The translations under genes and the position numbers were made by a program. Positions 19,136 to 28,276 of a stretch of 64,000 nt of DNA are shown piece by piece (the stretch's first letter is position 1; each line of letters opens with the position of its first letter). Below the pieces are notes generated by a model. That model worked only from the letters and a program-made list of their open reading frames with translations, was not told the DNA's origin and ran no database searches. Origin of the DNA: Candidatus Pacearchaeota archaeon (GTDB lineage: Archaea > Nanobdellota > Nanobdellia > Pacearchaeales > GW2011-AR1); the NCBI GenBank assembly GCA_016181895.1, contig JACOYL010000008.1:8192-72191 (forward strand), given 5' to 3'.

Positions 19136-20119
19136 TTATTTGTTTGTGTTATTCATCTCAATTATCATATCAAGAACCTCATCGGCAGAAATGCTTTTTA
19201 CAAGCTCTTCATCATATTCATCCATTTTCTCGGGAAAAAAATTGTAAAGCATCGGAGAAACAATTTTTTTCAAAAATTCATAAGATTCTACTTCGTTTGG
19301 GGATGTGCAAAAAAATAATCCTATAGTTGGTTTTTTCAAAGCCAATGAAATATGAAGCGAAAAACTGTCAGAACAAACCATAAAATTGCATCTATCAACC
19401 AAAGAAGCAAATTCCATAATTGAATTATTTGGGTTATTTGTTTTAATTCCAGTTTCTTTTCTTAATTCTTCAATTTCTTTGATTTCATTAGGACCTCCGA
19501 AGAGTATTATCTCAAAATCATTTGACATGGCTTTTTTCACGAACTCTTTCAAATTTTCTTTGTGCCAGACTTTTGAAGGCCATCTTGGACTTGCTCCAAG
19601 ATGTATTCCTATTATTTTTTCCGGATTTATTTGATTTTCTCTAAAAAATATTTTGGCGTATTTTACATCCTTGTCTGATAAAAAAACAGGATGATGCTGT
19701 TTTTTATAGGACAATTCCGCGGTCATGAACATCATTTCCTGATAGGTTTTTTTGTTTGTTTTTTTTGTTTCATCATCAAACAAGGTATTCAGATAATATT
19801 CTGCTCCAATATTAAAAGCCAAGACAAATCCGTTGTCAGAATAAAAGCCATATTTTTGCCCTGCTTGAAGTTTTTTTGCCAAAGAAGTTGCTTCGTCATC
19901 AATATCAAAATTGTACAAAATGTCAAAAAATTCAGTAATATCGTCAGGAAGCGTATAAATTTTTCTGACATATGGGCTTGAATTGATTATTTCCGACGAT
20001 TCTTTTTTCGTAATCCATGAAATTTCAGAATCAGGATATTTCTCTTTTATGCCAATTAGGATGGGCAAAGTCCTGACAACATCCCCAAATGCACCAAGTT
20101 TTATGATGCAAATTTTCAT
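19136..20119 (-). CDS. GT9 family glycosyltransferase (heptosyltransferase-like)
   Basis: N-terminus MKICIIKLGAFGDVVRTLPIL is the hallmark KILIIRLGALGDVILTxP of ADP-heptose:LPS heptosyltransferases. A GGP motif is also present. Confidence 0.7.
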   Translation of the reverse strand: MKICIIKLGAFGDVVRTLPILIGIKEKYPDSEISWITKKESSEIINSSPYVRKIYTLPDDITEFFDILYNFDIDDEATSLAKKLQAGQKYGFYSDNGFVLAFNIGAEYYLNTLFDDETKKTNKKTYQEMMFMTAELSYKKQHHPVFLSDKDVKYAKIFFRENQINPEKIIGIHLGASPRWPSKVWHKENLKEFVKKAMSNDFEIILFGGPNEIKEIEELRKETGIKTNNPNNSIMEFASLVDRCNFMVCSDSFSLHISLALKKPTIGLFFCTSPNEVESYEFLKKIVSPMLYNFFPEKMDEYDEELVKSISADEVLDMIIEMNNTNK

Positions 20120-20155
20120 AGTTAAATTTAAAATAGGGATGCTTTTTTAAGGATT

Positions 20156-20614
20156 ATGAATAGAAAAGCGATTACGCATACGCATCGCGAAACATTGAAT
20201 AGAAAAACCAAAAAAGTTTATATTGCCGGAAAAATAGGTACCGACAGTGAAAGGGAAATGCTTGAAAAAATCGACTTGTTGTGCAAAGAACTCGGATTTG
20301 AAACGTTTCTTCCCCATAGGGACGTAGGGATTGCCCAAAGTATAGAAGATGTCAAAAAAATTTTTGAAGGAGACATAAACAATGGGTTAAAAAATACGGA
20401 CTTGATCATTGCAATTCTTGATGGTTTGTATGTTGGTGCTGGAACCGCCTGGGAACTTGGATATGCCTACGCCAAAGGAATTCCCGCAATAGGATTGAAA
20501 ACAGACGAATCTGTTGAAGAAGCTCTTGAGCAATTGAGCTCAATTCTCATAGGTTCCATGCCAATAGTAAAATCCGCGGATGAACTTAGAGAAAAAATTG
20601 AGAAACTCTTTTAA
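20156..20614 (+). CDS. nucleoside 2-deoxyribosyltransferase-like protein
   Basis: VYIAGKI...DLIIAILDG...GAGTAWELGYAYAKGIPAIG closely matches the NDT family (PF05014), including the catalytic Glu in the ELGY context. Confidence 0.6.
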   Translation: MNRKAITHTHRETLNRKTKKVYIAGKIGTDSEREMLEKIDLLCKELGFETFLPHRDVGIAQSIEDVKKIFEGDINNGLKNTDLIIAILDGLYVGAGTAWELGYAYAKGIPAIGLKTDESVEEALEQLSSILIGSMPIVKSADELREKIEKLF

Positions 20615-21531
20615 TCAAGCGGTTTGGTTGAAGGAGTTTCAATTTCCCTCCATCCATCTTTATATGATTTTTTTTGTTTTATTTCTTGGAATGCTTTCAG
20701 ATAAATGTAAAGTCTGGCAAAATAAAGATGCAAAAGCCAGTAAAATTCCAAGACATTTCGTGGATGCATCAAACTGAAAAAAAGCCCTTCCTTTATTTCA
20801 TTGAAAAATGATTTTGTCCGCGGCATGTCTGGAAAAAGTTCACCGAGATTCTCATGTCCTTTTATGTTTCTTATTTTTTGGTTTTTCCAATCTTTCCAAT
20901 TAAAGGGATTTTTTACATATACTTCTACATTATCTGCATAAAAAATTTTATAGCCTTTTTTCCAAAAAAGATAAGATATGACTGAATCCTCGCAAGCCCC
21001 CAACGGAAAATCCATTATTACTCCGTTGCGAACTGCAAATAAATAACCAGAGCACTCAAAAAATTGTCCTTTTTGATTATATTTTTTTCTTACATTGTGA
21101 ATTCCATCAAACAACAAATGTGACCAATAACCGTATTTTGTACTTCTAGAATCTACAGATACCGGCTTGCCGGTTACGCAACCAACTTCTTGTTTTTTAA
21201 ATGCCTTAAAAAATTCAGAAACGGCATTTTCAGAAACATAAACATCTCCGTCGCTTAGAATTATTATATCGTTTTTATTTTTGGAATAAATTTCCTGGAA
21301 AAGAATATTTAAGGCATAACTTTTCCCTTCTCCGGGATCCAAGAAGAAACCCACTCTCTTGTCATTTATTTCCTTTCTCAAAAATTCTTCTGTTTCCGGA
21401 AACGGATCAACAACAATTATTTTAAAATCCTCTTTTATTTTTTGATTTAAAAAAGATTTTACGGCCCTTAGAGTCGCTTTAGGTTCATTAAAAGAAGTAA
21501 TAATTATGTGTATCATTTTATTCCAATTCAA
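20611..21531 (-). CDS. GT2 glycosyltransferase
   Basis: MIHIIITSFNEP N-terminus, IIVVDPFPETEE and ILSDGDVYV (DxD). Confidence 0.65.
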   Translation of the reverse strand: MNWNKMIHIIITSFNEPKATLRAVKSFLNQKIKEDFKIIVVDPFPETEEFLRKEINDKRVGFFLDPGEGKSYALNILFQEIYSKNKNDIIILSDGDVYVSENAVSEFFKAFKKQEVGCVTGKPVSVDSRSTKYGYWSHLLFDGIHNVRKKYNQKGQFFECSGYLFAVRNGVIMDFPLGACEDSVISYLFWKKGYKIFYADNVEVYVKNPFNWKDWKNQKIRNIKGHENLGELFPDMPRTKSFFNEIKEGLFFSLMHPRNVLEFYWLLHLYFARLYIYLKAFQEIKQKKSYKDGWREIETPSTKPLD

Positions 21532-21712
21532 ACGGATAATCTTCTGGGCGTATAAGAACTATTTTTTCGCCCGTTTCCTCGGAAGCAACTATCCTTACTT
21601 TTCTTTTCCCCTGTTTTCCTATGTCTGAAATCTCAAACTCAGTTATCAAAAAAGATTTGCCGGCAATTTTTATCTTCTCGCCTTTTTTCAAATCTTTTGC
21701 CTGTTTCTTCAT
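21518..21712 (-). CDS. small protein resembling the N-terminal (hypusine-loop) domain of aIF5A
   Basis: LKKGEKIKIAGKSFLITEFEISDIGKQGKRKVRIVASEETGEKIVLIRPED parallels aIF5A N-domain LKeGsyvvidGepcrvveiekSktGKhGsAKarivA. At 64 aa it is about half of a real aIF5A. Confidence 0.3.
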   Translation of the reverse strand: MKKQAKDLKKGEKIKIAGKSFLITEFEISDIGKQGKRKVRIVASEETGEKIVLIRPEDYPFELE

Positions 21713-21756
21713 ACTCGTATTTGAGTGGTTAGACTTATAAAGATTATCAAACGAGA

Positions 21757-22485
21757 TTGCATATGAAAAACGCGATGATTCTTTGTTCAGGAGGAATTGA
21801 CAGCATCACGACGGCGCATTACGTCAAAAAAAGGCTGAAGTACGATAAAATTCTTATTCTTTTTTTTAACTACGGGCAGAAATCGCTGCACATGGAAAGG
21901 AAATTTTCAAAGAAATGCGCCAAAATAATAAATGCGGAATTTGTTGAAATAAAATTAAAATGGTTAAATGAAATTTCAAATTCATTAATCAACAAGATTG
22001 GAAAAGTCAAAAAAATAAACAGAAAAGATCTGAGGAACACCAAAAAAGAATCTGAAAAATTTTATGTTCCATGCAGGAACACGATATTTTTAATTCATGC
22101 TTTGGCTTTGGCAGAATCAAAATTTATCAAAGAAAAAAGAAAATTTGATATTTTTGTCGGATTTAAGAATGAGGGAAAAGAAAGTTATCCAGATACAACA
22201 AAAGAATTTGTAAAACAAATAAATAAGCTTTCTAAAATTTCTTGTCAAAAAAAATTCAAAATAATCGCACCGCTTATAGAAAAAGATAAGGAGGATATAA
22301 TTGTTCTTGGAAAAAAACTGGGGGTTGATTTTAAAGACACGTTCAGTTGTTACATAGGAAAAAAAGAACATTGTGGTTATTGTCTTTCATGTAGATTAAG
22401 GCAGGAGGGATTTTATTGGGCAAACTTGAAAGATCCAACCAGGTACAAAATTAAAATGAAGGATTTCAGATCTGCAAAAAAATAA
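21757..22485 (+). CDS. queC: 7-cyano-7-deazaguanine synthase QueC
   Basis: PP-loop SGGIDS, FNYGQ and VPCRNTIFL segments, and a C-terminal zinc site FSCYIGKKEHCGYCLSCRLR. These are all characteristic of QueC. Confidence 0.8.
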   Translation: MHMKNAMILCSGGIDSITTAHYVKKRLKYDKILILFFNYGQKSLHMERKFSKKCAKIINAEFVEIKLKWLNEISNSLINKIGKVKKINRKDLRNTKKESEKFYVPCRNTIFLIHALALAESKFIKEKRKFDIFVGFKNEGKESYPDTTKEFVKQINKLSKISCQKKFKIIAPLIEKDKEDIIVLGKKLGVDFKDTFSCYIGKKEHCGYCLSCRLRQEGFYWANLKDPTRYKIKMKDFRSAKK

Positions 22486-24036
22486 TTATGCCTTATACCT
22501 TACTTTGTCATACCAAACTTTGAAAGAAACAGGCATTGAGCGATAAACCGGCTTGACGAGTTTTTCCCTTACATCATCCATAACATCAACAACTTCTCCG
22601 ACGATGTATGTCGGCTTTTCATTTTTCACGTTGTATTCAACAATTTTTTGCCTTGTCAAGTAATTAACAAAAGATGCAGGAAGCATCCCATATCTTCTGT
22701 TTGTGCAAGGGCCGCGCATCATGTTCAAAACCAAATTCAAGTACGGATTTTTTTTCTTTAACTTGATATGCTTCCATCTGTCCCAATAGTTAAGATTGCT
22801 GGCAACATCATTGTAAGTTTGAATGTATCCATCTTCAAGCGCTTTTTTGTAAAGAGGGGTTCCTTCAAAGAAAATCAAGTTGTTGACGCTTAGATAATAA
22901 GGTTTTGGTATCTTCTGCAAAAGCCTTATTGTTGCAAGAATGTCTTCATTTGTTTCATAAGGATTGCAGGAAATTATATCGTACATAACGGTAAGCTTGT
23001 CCTTGTATTTGTTCAGAATTTGAGCGCATTTCAAAACCTGTTCGGCAGTTATGAACCGGTTATAAACTTCTTTGTTCAGCCTGTCACTTCCGCTTTGTAT
23101 CCCTATAATTATATCCGTACAACCTGCTTCCACTAAAAGCCGGATTTTTTCATCGCTTAAATCGCCAAAAGCCATTGTTGCGGGTTCTGCAAGGCATTTG
23201 AATCTTATTCCAATTTCCTCTTTGTATTTCTTTGAGAATTCCCTTAACCAATCCAATTTTCTTACAGTTATTGTTTCATCTCTTATATCAAAAACTTTTA
23301 TTGAAGGGAATTTGTTTTTCAGCCTTTTGAATTCCTCGATGACGTAATAAACGCTGTGTGTTCTCAGCAAATCCCCCTTGCCTTTGTACAACGCCCTCAA
23401 AATATTGTTTGTGCAATAAGAGCACGCCTGGGGGCAACCGCGCTCTGTTTGGAAGAAAATCATTCCTGAAAGATGCCTTTCTTCAAAAGGAATTAGTTTG
23501 CCATTTTCCAAAATCAATTGGTCTTCTATCTCATAATCTGGGTGCGCCAAAACATCAAGATTGTTTGCAGGAGCCCTCACGGGATTTTTATATTCTTTAC
23601 CATCTTTTCTTATCCATAAATTCAAAATCTTTGTCAAGTCTTCCATTTTGCTCATTTTGTTTGCAATTTCAATTATTGTTTCCTCTGCTTCACCGACAAC
23701 AATCATGTCCCCTATTTCAAAGCATTTTTCTGGAAAAAAAGTTGCATGAGGACCGCCCCAAAGAACAGGAACGTTTTTTTTCTGGAACAAATCAATAAGT
23801 TGTTTCGCCCTCCCCGTTGTGCTTTCCATGGAACCTATTCCGACAAGTCCGCTGTCTTTTGCCTTTTCCATTATTTGAGCAAGCTCGGATTCAGAATACT
23901 TTCTGGTGTAATCTTCGGCCAAAGGCAGAAAAATCAATAAAACCTCGTGTCCTTCCCTTTCCAAGCACGCCGAGAGCGTTCTCAGTCCTTGGTCGGAAGG
24001 AAAAGTGGACGTGGAAATTAAAGTCACCTTCATCAC
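22486..24036 (-). CDS. B12-binding domain / radical SAM protein (class B radical SAM)
   Basis: N-terminal B12-binding-like Rossmann segment and ERGCPQACSYC (CX3CX2C). Confidence 0.85.
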   Translation of the reverse strand: MMKVTLISTSTFPSDQGLRTLSACLEREGHEVLLIFLPLAEDYTRKYSESELAQIMEKAKDSGLVGIGSMESTTGRAKQLIDLFQKKNVPVLWGGPHATFFPEKCFEIGDMIVVGEAEETIIEIANKMSKMEDLTKILNLWIRKDGKEYKNPVRAPANNLDVLAHPDYEIEDQLILENGKLIPFEERHLSGMIFFQTERGCPQACSYCTNNILRALYKGKGDLLRTHSVYYVIEEFKRLKNKFPSIKVFDIRDETITVRKLDWLREFSKKYKEEIGIRFKCLAEPATMAFGDLSDEKIRLLVEAGCTDIIIGIQSGSDRLNKEVYNRFITAEQVLKCAQILNKYKDKLTVMYDIISCNPYETNEDILATIRLLQKIPKPYYLSVNNLIFFEGTPLYKKALEDGYIQTYNDVASNLNYWDRWKHIKLKKKNPYLNLVLNMMRGPCTNRRYGMLPASFVNYLTRQKIVEYNVKNEKPTYIVGEVVDVMDDVREKLVKPVYRSMPVSFKVWYDKVRYKA

Positions 24037-24071
24037 TTATGTAAAAAATTAAAGTTTATAAGTATTATGAA

Positions 24072-25235
24072 TTATTTCAGCAGATTGTAATACTCCGCCA
24101 TATATCTCTTGTAAATCAAATCCCAGTCGTAATTTTTGGATTTTTTAATGTTGTTTTCGGAGATTTTTTTACTTAAAACAGAATCATTTAATATTTTTAA
24201 AATTGTTCCCCCCATTTTTTCAATATCCCCATACTCCACAAAAAAACCGTTTTCAGGTTCTGTCATTTCGTAAGGAATTCCGTTTACAGGAGAGGCAACA
24301 ATAGGAAGACCAGAAGCCATTGCCTCAAATAAAGTCAATGGCAAACCTTCTCTGTAACTTGGAATAACATAAACATCTGCAGATTGGTACATTTCGGCGA
24401 CATTTTCCTTTCCCCTTATCGGGCCAAAGTAATACATATTGTTATAAGGCATTATCATTTCCTGCACCTTTGAAGCCATTCCTTCATCAGGACCAATCCA
24501 AACAAATGCAATATCTTTTGCTTTTCCTGTTTTTGTAAGATTTATTGCGGTTTCCGCGAGTTTTTCAGGACCCTTTGTCGGATTCAATCTCCCGAAAAAT
24601 AAAACTATTTTTTGCTCTTTTATTTTATACTTTTGTTTGAATTTGTTTTTCTCTATTTTTCTGAACAAAATCTTGTCTGTTCCGTTTGGAATAACTTTTA
24701 TTTTTTGCTCATTTGAAAATTTATTTAAAATTTCCAGTTCCCAAGGTGTTATTGCAATTATCTTATCGATAAATTTGAAAGAAAATTTATTCAGAAATAA
24801 ATCATTGAGGAATATAAACGGTCTCAACATTTTGGGCCTGAAAGAAGCGTCTGCCCAAGAACAATGAGTTGTATGAATATGCTTGAATTTTTTTATTCTT
24901 GACAAGATTCCAATTATTAAAATGTACGCATGTCCTGAAACGTGGCTGTGAACTATATCAAAGTCTCCTTTAAATTTCCATAGCAAAGAGGGCCATATGA
25001 ATGTGCTTAAAGAAAGCCTGAACCAATAAGGAAGACGATGAATGTGAACGCCGTCAATTTTTTCCTCCTTTATCTTTATTCTGTTATTTTTGTCGGAATC
25101 GCAACAAAAAACATGAACCTCGTGTCCTTCAGAAACCTGCCTTTTTGCAAGTTCATACATCACCTGTTCAACACCTCCAAATGTCGGAAGATAAAACATA
25201 TTCACATGAGCTATTTTCATTTCAAATTTTTCCAT
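24072..25235 (-). CDS. GT4 (group 1) glycosyltransferase
   Basis: FGRLNPTKG...EGLPLTLFEAMASGLPIVAS is the classic EX7E retaining-GT-B C-terminal domain. Confidence 0.8.
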   Translation of the reverse strand: MEKFEMKIAHVNMFYLPTFGGVEQVMYELAKRQVSEGHEVHVFCCDSDKNNRIKIKEEKIDGVHIHRLPYWFRLSLSTFIWPSLLWKFKGDFDIVHSHVSGHAYILIIGILSRIKKFKHIHTTHCSWADASFRPKMLRPFIFLNDLFLNKFSFKFIDKIIAITPWELEILNKFSNEQKIKVIPNGTDKILFRKIEKNKFKQKYKIKEQKIVLFFGRLNPTKGPEKLAETAINLTKTGKAKDIAFVWIGPDEGMASKVQEMIMPYNNMYYFGPIRGKENVAEMYQSADVYVIPSYREGLPLTLFEAMASGLPIVASPVNGIPYEMTEPENGFFVEYGDIEKMGGTILKILNDSVLSKKISENNIKKSKNYDWDLIYKRYMAEYYNLLK

Positions 25236-25372
25236 TGTTTATTTTTTTAGAATAAGTGCAAGTCTCAGGGCAACCAGATTCTTTGTAATAAAGACACCAT
25301 GTTCTTATTCTTCCCAGACTTTCATCACATATTCCTTGTCTGATTAGTTCCTTTACTTCCTCGTGAATTTTA

Positions 25373-25669
25373 TCATCTAAATTGTTCATTGTATATTATT
25401 TCTTTTATTTTCTCCGCAATCATTTCAGCTTTCTCGTTTTTCAATAAGGGATACATTGGAAGAGAAATTATCTCGGAAACAACTCTCTCTGTAATGGGAA
25501 GAATTGGAACATAAGTATTTTTTCTCGTTACCTCTTGAAGATGAACTGGCTTTGGATAGTGTATTCCAAGAAAAATCTTTTTTTCGCCCATTTCACGCCT
25601 TATTGCAATTTGTATAAAAAGATTGTGTAATCTCATTACATAGTATAAAGATATGGATTTACGCCGCAT
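25373..25669 (-). pseudogene. C-terminal remnant (about 90 aa) of a DegT/DnrJ/EryC1/StrS-family aminotransferase
   Basis: GIHYPKPVHLQ and ISLPMYPLLKNEKAEMIAEKIKE match only the C-terminal quarter of DegT enzymes. The upstream part is absent, replaced by the oppositely oriented rfbB gene. Confidence 0.55.
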
Positions 25670-25709
25670 AAAACTTTTAAATTATTTCAAAAGTAATATT
25701 TTGTATAAA

Positions 25710-26708
25710 ATGAAGGTGCTAATAACGGGCGGCTGCGGATTTATCGGAAGCAATTTTATAAAGTACATTCTTACCGACAAGGAAATCGGTAATGAAATTG
25801 ATGTTGTCAATCTCGACAAAATAAGTTATGCTGGGAGCGGCAAAAATATAGAGTATATGAATCTTGCCGAGCACAAGAGATATAAATTTATAAAAGAAAA
25901 CATATGCGATAAAAATACCGTAAACAGCGTCATTTTGCGTGAAAAGCCGGATGTAATATTTAATTTTGCCGCGGAAAGCCATGTTGACAGAAGCATTCAA
26001 GATTCCGATGAATTTGAAAAAACAAACTTTGTCGGGGCATGCAATATATTCAAATCTGCATTGGAAAACGGCATAAAAAAAGTTATCCAAATTTCAACAG
26101 ACGAGGTTTACGGAAGCATAAATCAAGGAAGTTTCTCAGAAGAATCAAAGATAAATCCCACAAGCCCGTATTCGGCAAGCAAGGCGGCGGCAGACATCTA
26201 CGCGCTCGCATATTTTAAAACTCATGGGCTTCCGATTATTATAACAAGAAGCGCGAACAATTTTGGGCCTTATCAGTTCCCTGAAAAAATTCTGCCGCTG
26301 TTCATCACAAATTTAATCGACGGCAAAAAGGTTCCTTTGATGTGGTCTGAAGAAAATCCAGGATTAAATGTAAGGGATTGGCTTCATGTAAAAGACAATT
26401 GCAGGGCAATTTGGTTTGCCTCGCAAAAAGGAGAAGACGGAGAGATTTACAATATTCAAGGAGAGAATGAGAAAACAAATATTCATACGACATATGTGCT
26501 TTTAAAACATCTTGGATTAAACGAAGATATGATTGAAAAAATTCCGCACAGAAAAGCCCATGATTTCAGGTATTCTGTTTCCGGAGAAAAATTGAAAAAA
26601 CTCGGCTTCAAGCATTTGCACAATGATTTTGAAAACGAGATAAAAAAAACAATTGAATGGTACAAAGAAAATGCAAATTGGTGGAGGCCGTTAAAAAAAA
26701 ATCAATAA
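25710..26708 (+). CDS. rfbB: dTDP-glucose 4,6-dehydratase
   Basis: MKVLITGGCGFIGSNF N-terminus, a YSASKAAAD catalytic YxxxK, and the extended SDR fold length. Confidence 0.85.
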   Translation: MKVLITGGCGFIGSNFIKYILTDKEIGNEIDVVNLDKISYAGSGKNIEYMNLAEHKRYKFIKENICDKNTVNSVILREKPDVIFNFAAESHVDRSIQDSDEFEKTNFVGACNIFKSALENGIKKVIQISTDEVYGSINQGSFSEESKINPTSPYSASKAAADIYALAYFKTHGLPIIITRSANNFGPYQFPEKILPLFITNLIDGKKVPLMWSEENPGLNVRDWLHVKDNCRAIWFASQKGEDGEIYNIQGENEKTNIHTTYVLLKHLGLNEDMIEKIPHRKAHDFRYSVSGEKLKKLGFKHLHNDFENEIKKTIEWYKENANWWRPLKKNQ

Positions 26709-26756
26709 GATGAAATCAAATCCAAGATTTTCATTCATTTGTCAGAGGAGTGTCAA

Positions 26757-27638
26757 ATGAAGGGGGTAATTCTTGCGGGAGGAACGGGAAGCAGATTGAT
26801 GCCTTGCACAAAAGTAACAAACAAGCACTTGCTTCCCGTTTACAACAAGCCAATGATTTATCATCCGCTAAAAACACTTGCCGATGCGGGAATAAAAGAA
26901 ATATTGATTGTTTCAGGTCCAGGACACGCTGGACATTTTGTAAATCTCCTCGGTTCCGGAAGGGAGTTTGATATAAAACTTAGTTATGAAATTCAGGAAG
27001 AAGCAGGGGGAATTGCGCAGGCTTTGGGAATGGCTGAAAATTTTGTGGGAAACGATTCCGTCGCCGTGATTTTAGGCGACAATATATTCGAGGATAACAT
27101 AAAAGATTACATAGATGAATTTGAAAGGCAGAGTTCAGGGGCGAGGATTTTTCTCAAGGAAGTCGGTTTAAAGGCTGCAAAAAGATTCGGTGTTGCAATT
27201 GTCGACGGAAACAGAGTTGGTTACGTCGAGGAAAAGCCTCAAAGCCCAAGGTCAAATCTTGCCATGACTGGTTTGTATATGTTTGATTCGAAAATTTTTG
27301 AAATAATAAAAACACTGAAACCATCGGGAAGGGGGGAGTTGGAAATAACAGACGCCATTGATTATTATGTTAAAAGAGGAAATTGTCATTATAACATCAT
27401 CAAAGGATATTGGAGCGATGCAGGGACTTTTGAATCCCTGAACAGGGCGAGCAATCTTGCAAGAAAAAAAGAAGTGACAGAAGACGATTATTGGACCGAC
27501 ACTTATGATTTTGCCGAAACTTTCAAATTTCCTTCAAGGGAAGACGACCCTGAAACAGTCATTGAAAAACTTTCGCAACTTACAAAAAAACAGGCTGAAA
27601 TCCTGGATTATTTTTTACAAAAACAAAAGAAAGATTAA
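26757..27638 (+). CDS. glucose-1-phosphate nucleotidyl(thymidylyl)transferase (RfbA-like)
   Basis: MKGVILAGGTGSRLMPCTKVTNKHLLPVYNKPMIYHPL is the canonical sugar-1-P nucleotidyltransferase signature. Confidence 0.75.
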   Translation: MKGVILAGGTGSRLMPCTKVTNKHLLPVYNKPMIYHPLKTLADAGIKEILIVSGPGHAGHFVNLLGSGREFDIKLSYEIQEEAGGIAQALGMAENFVGNDSVAVILGDNIFEDNIKDYIDEFERQSSGARIFLKEVGLKAAKRFGVAIVDGNRVGYVEEKPQSPRSNLAMTGLYMFDSKIFEIIKTLKPSGRGELEITDAIDYYVKRGNCHYNIIKGYWSDAGTFESLNRASNLARKKEVTEDDYWTDTYDFAETFKFPSREDDPETVIEKLSQLTKKQAEILDYFLQKQKKD

Positions 27639-27676
27639 GGAAAAATATTTATAGGGGTTTTTACATAAAAATTTTC

Positions 27677-28261
27677 ATGGAAGGATGGAGAAAGAAACTG
27701 GAAGAATCAAAGTGGAAATCTTCTTATGAAGAAAATGACTATGGTTCTGTTTTTTACGGATTAGTTAGAGCACTAAAACCTAAATTAATTGTTGAATTAG
27801 GTACGAAAAATGGATATAGTGCTTTTCACATAGCAAGAGCTTTGAAAGAAAATGGATTTGGAAATATACATTGTTATGATTTATGGGAAAAATATCAATA
27901 TAGTTCATGTCCAATATCTATAGCAAAGGAAAATTTAAAGGAATTCATTAATTCGGGAGCAGCCATATTGAAACTAAAAGATGCGAAAGATGTTCATAGA
28001 GATTTTGATTCAGTTGATATTTTGCATGTTGATTTAAGCAATCATGGCGAAATACTTGAACAAATTATTCCTTACTGGCTGCCAAAAGTTAAATCTTTAA
28101 TAATCCTTGAGGGGGGATCTGAAGAAAGAGACAATATAGAATGGGTAAAAAAATACAACAAGCAACCAATAAGAAACTGGCTTAACAATAATAAAAATAA
28201 ATTCCGCTATATTGTACTGAAAAGTTTTCCTTCTTTGACTTTAATAGAACCCATAAAATAA
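27677..28261 (+). CDS. class I SAM-dependent methyltransferase (CmcI/TylF-like)
   Basis: LIVELGTKNGYSAFHIA and ILHVDLSNHGE segments. Confidence 0.55.
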   Translation: MEGWRKKLEESKWKSSYEENDYGSVFYGLVRALKPKLIVELGTKNGYSAFHIARALKENGFGNIHCYDLWEKYQYSSCPISIAKENLKEFINSGAAILKLKDAKDVHRDFDSVDILHVDLSNHGEILEQIIPYWLPKVKSLIILEGGSEERDNIEWVKKYNKQPIRNWLNNNKNKFRYIVLKSFPSLTLIEPIK

Positions 28262-28276
28262 GTTTTTAGAGGTATC

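Noticed and set aside
22117-22371. Minus-strand 84-aa ORF within queC
   Set aside because: It is antisense to a well-supported QueC frame, and is a poly-F/K low-complexity product.
25250-25391. 49-aa Cys-containing ORF (MNNLDDKIHEEVKELIRQGICDESLGRIRTWCLYYKESGCPETCTYSKK) overlapping the DegT remnant stop
   Set aside because: It is too short and overlaps another frame. It is possibly translated, but there is no supporting signal, so I left it unannotated.
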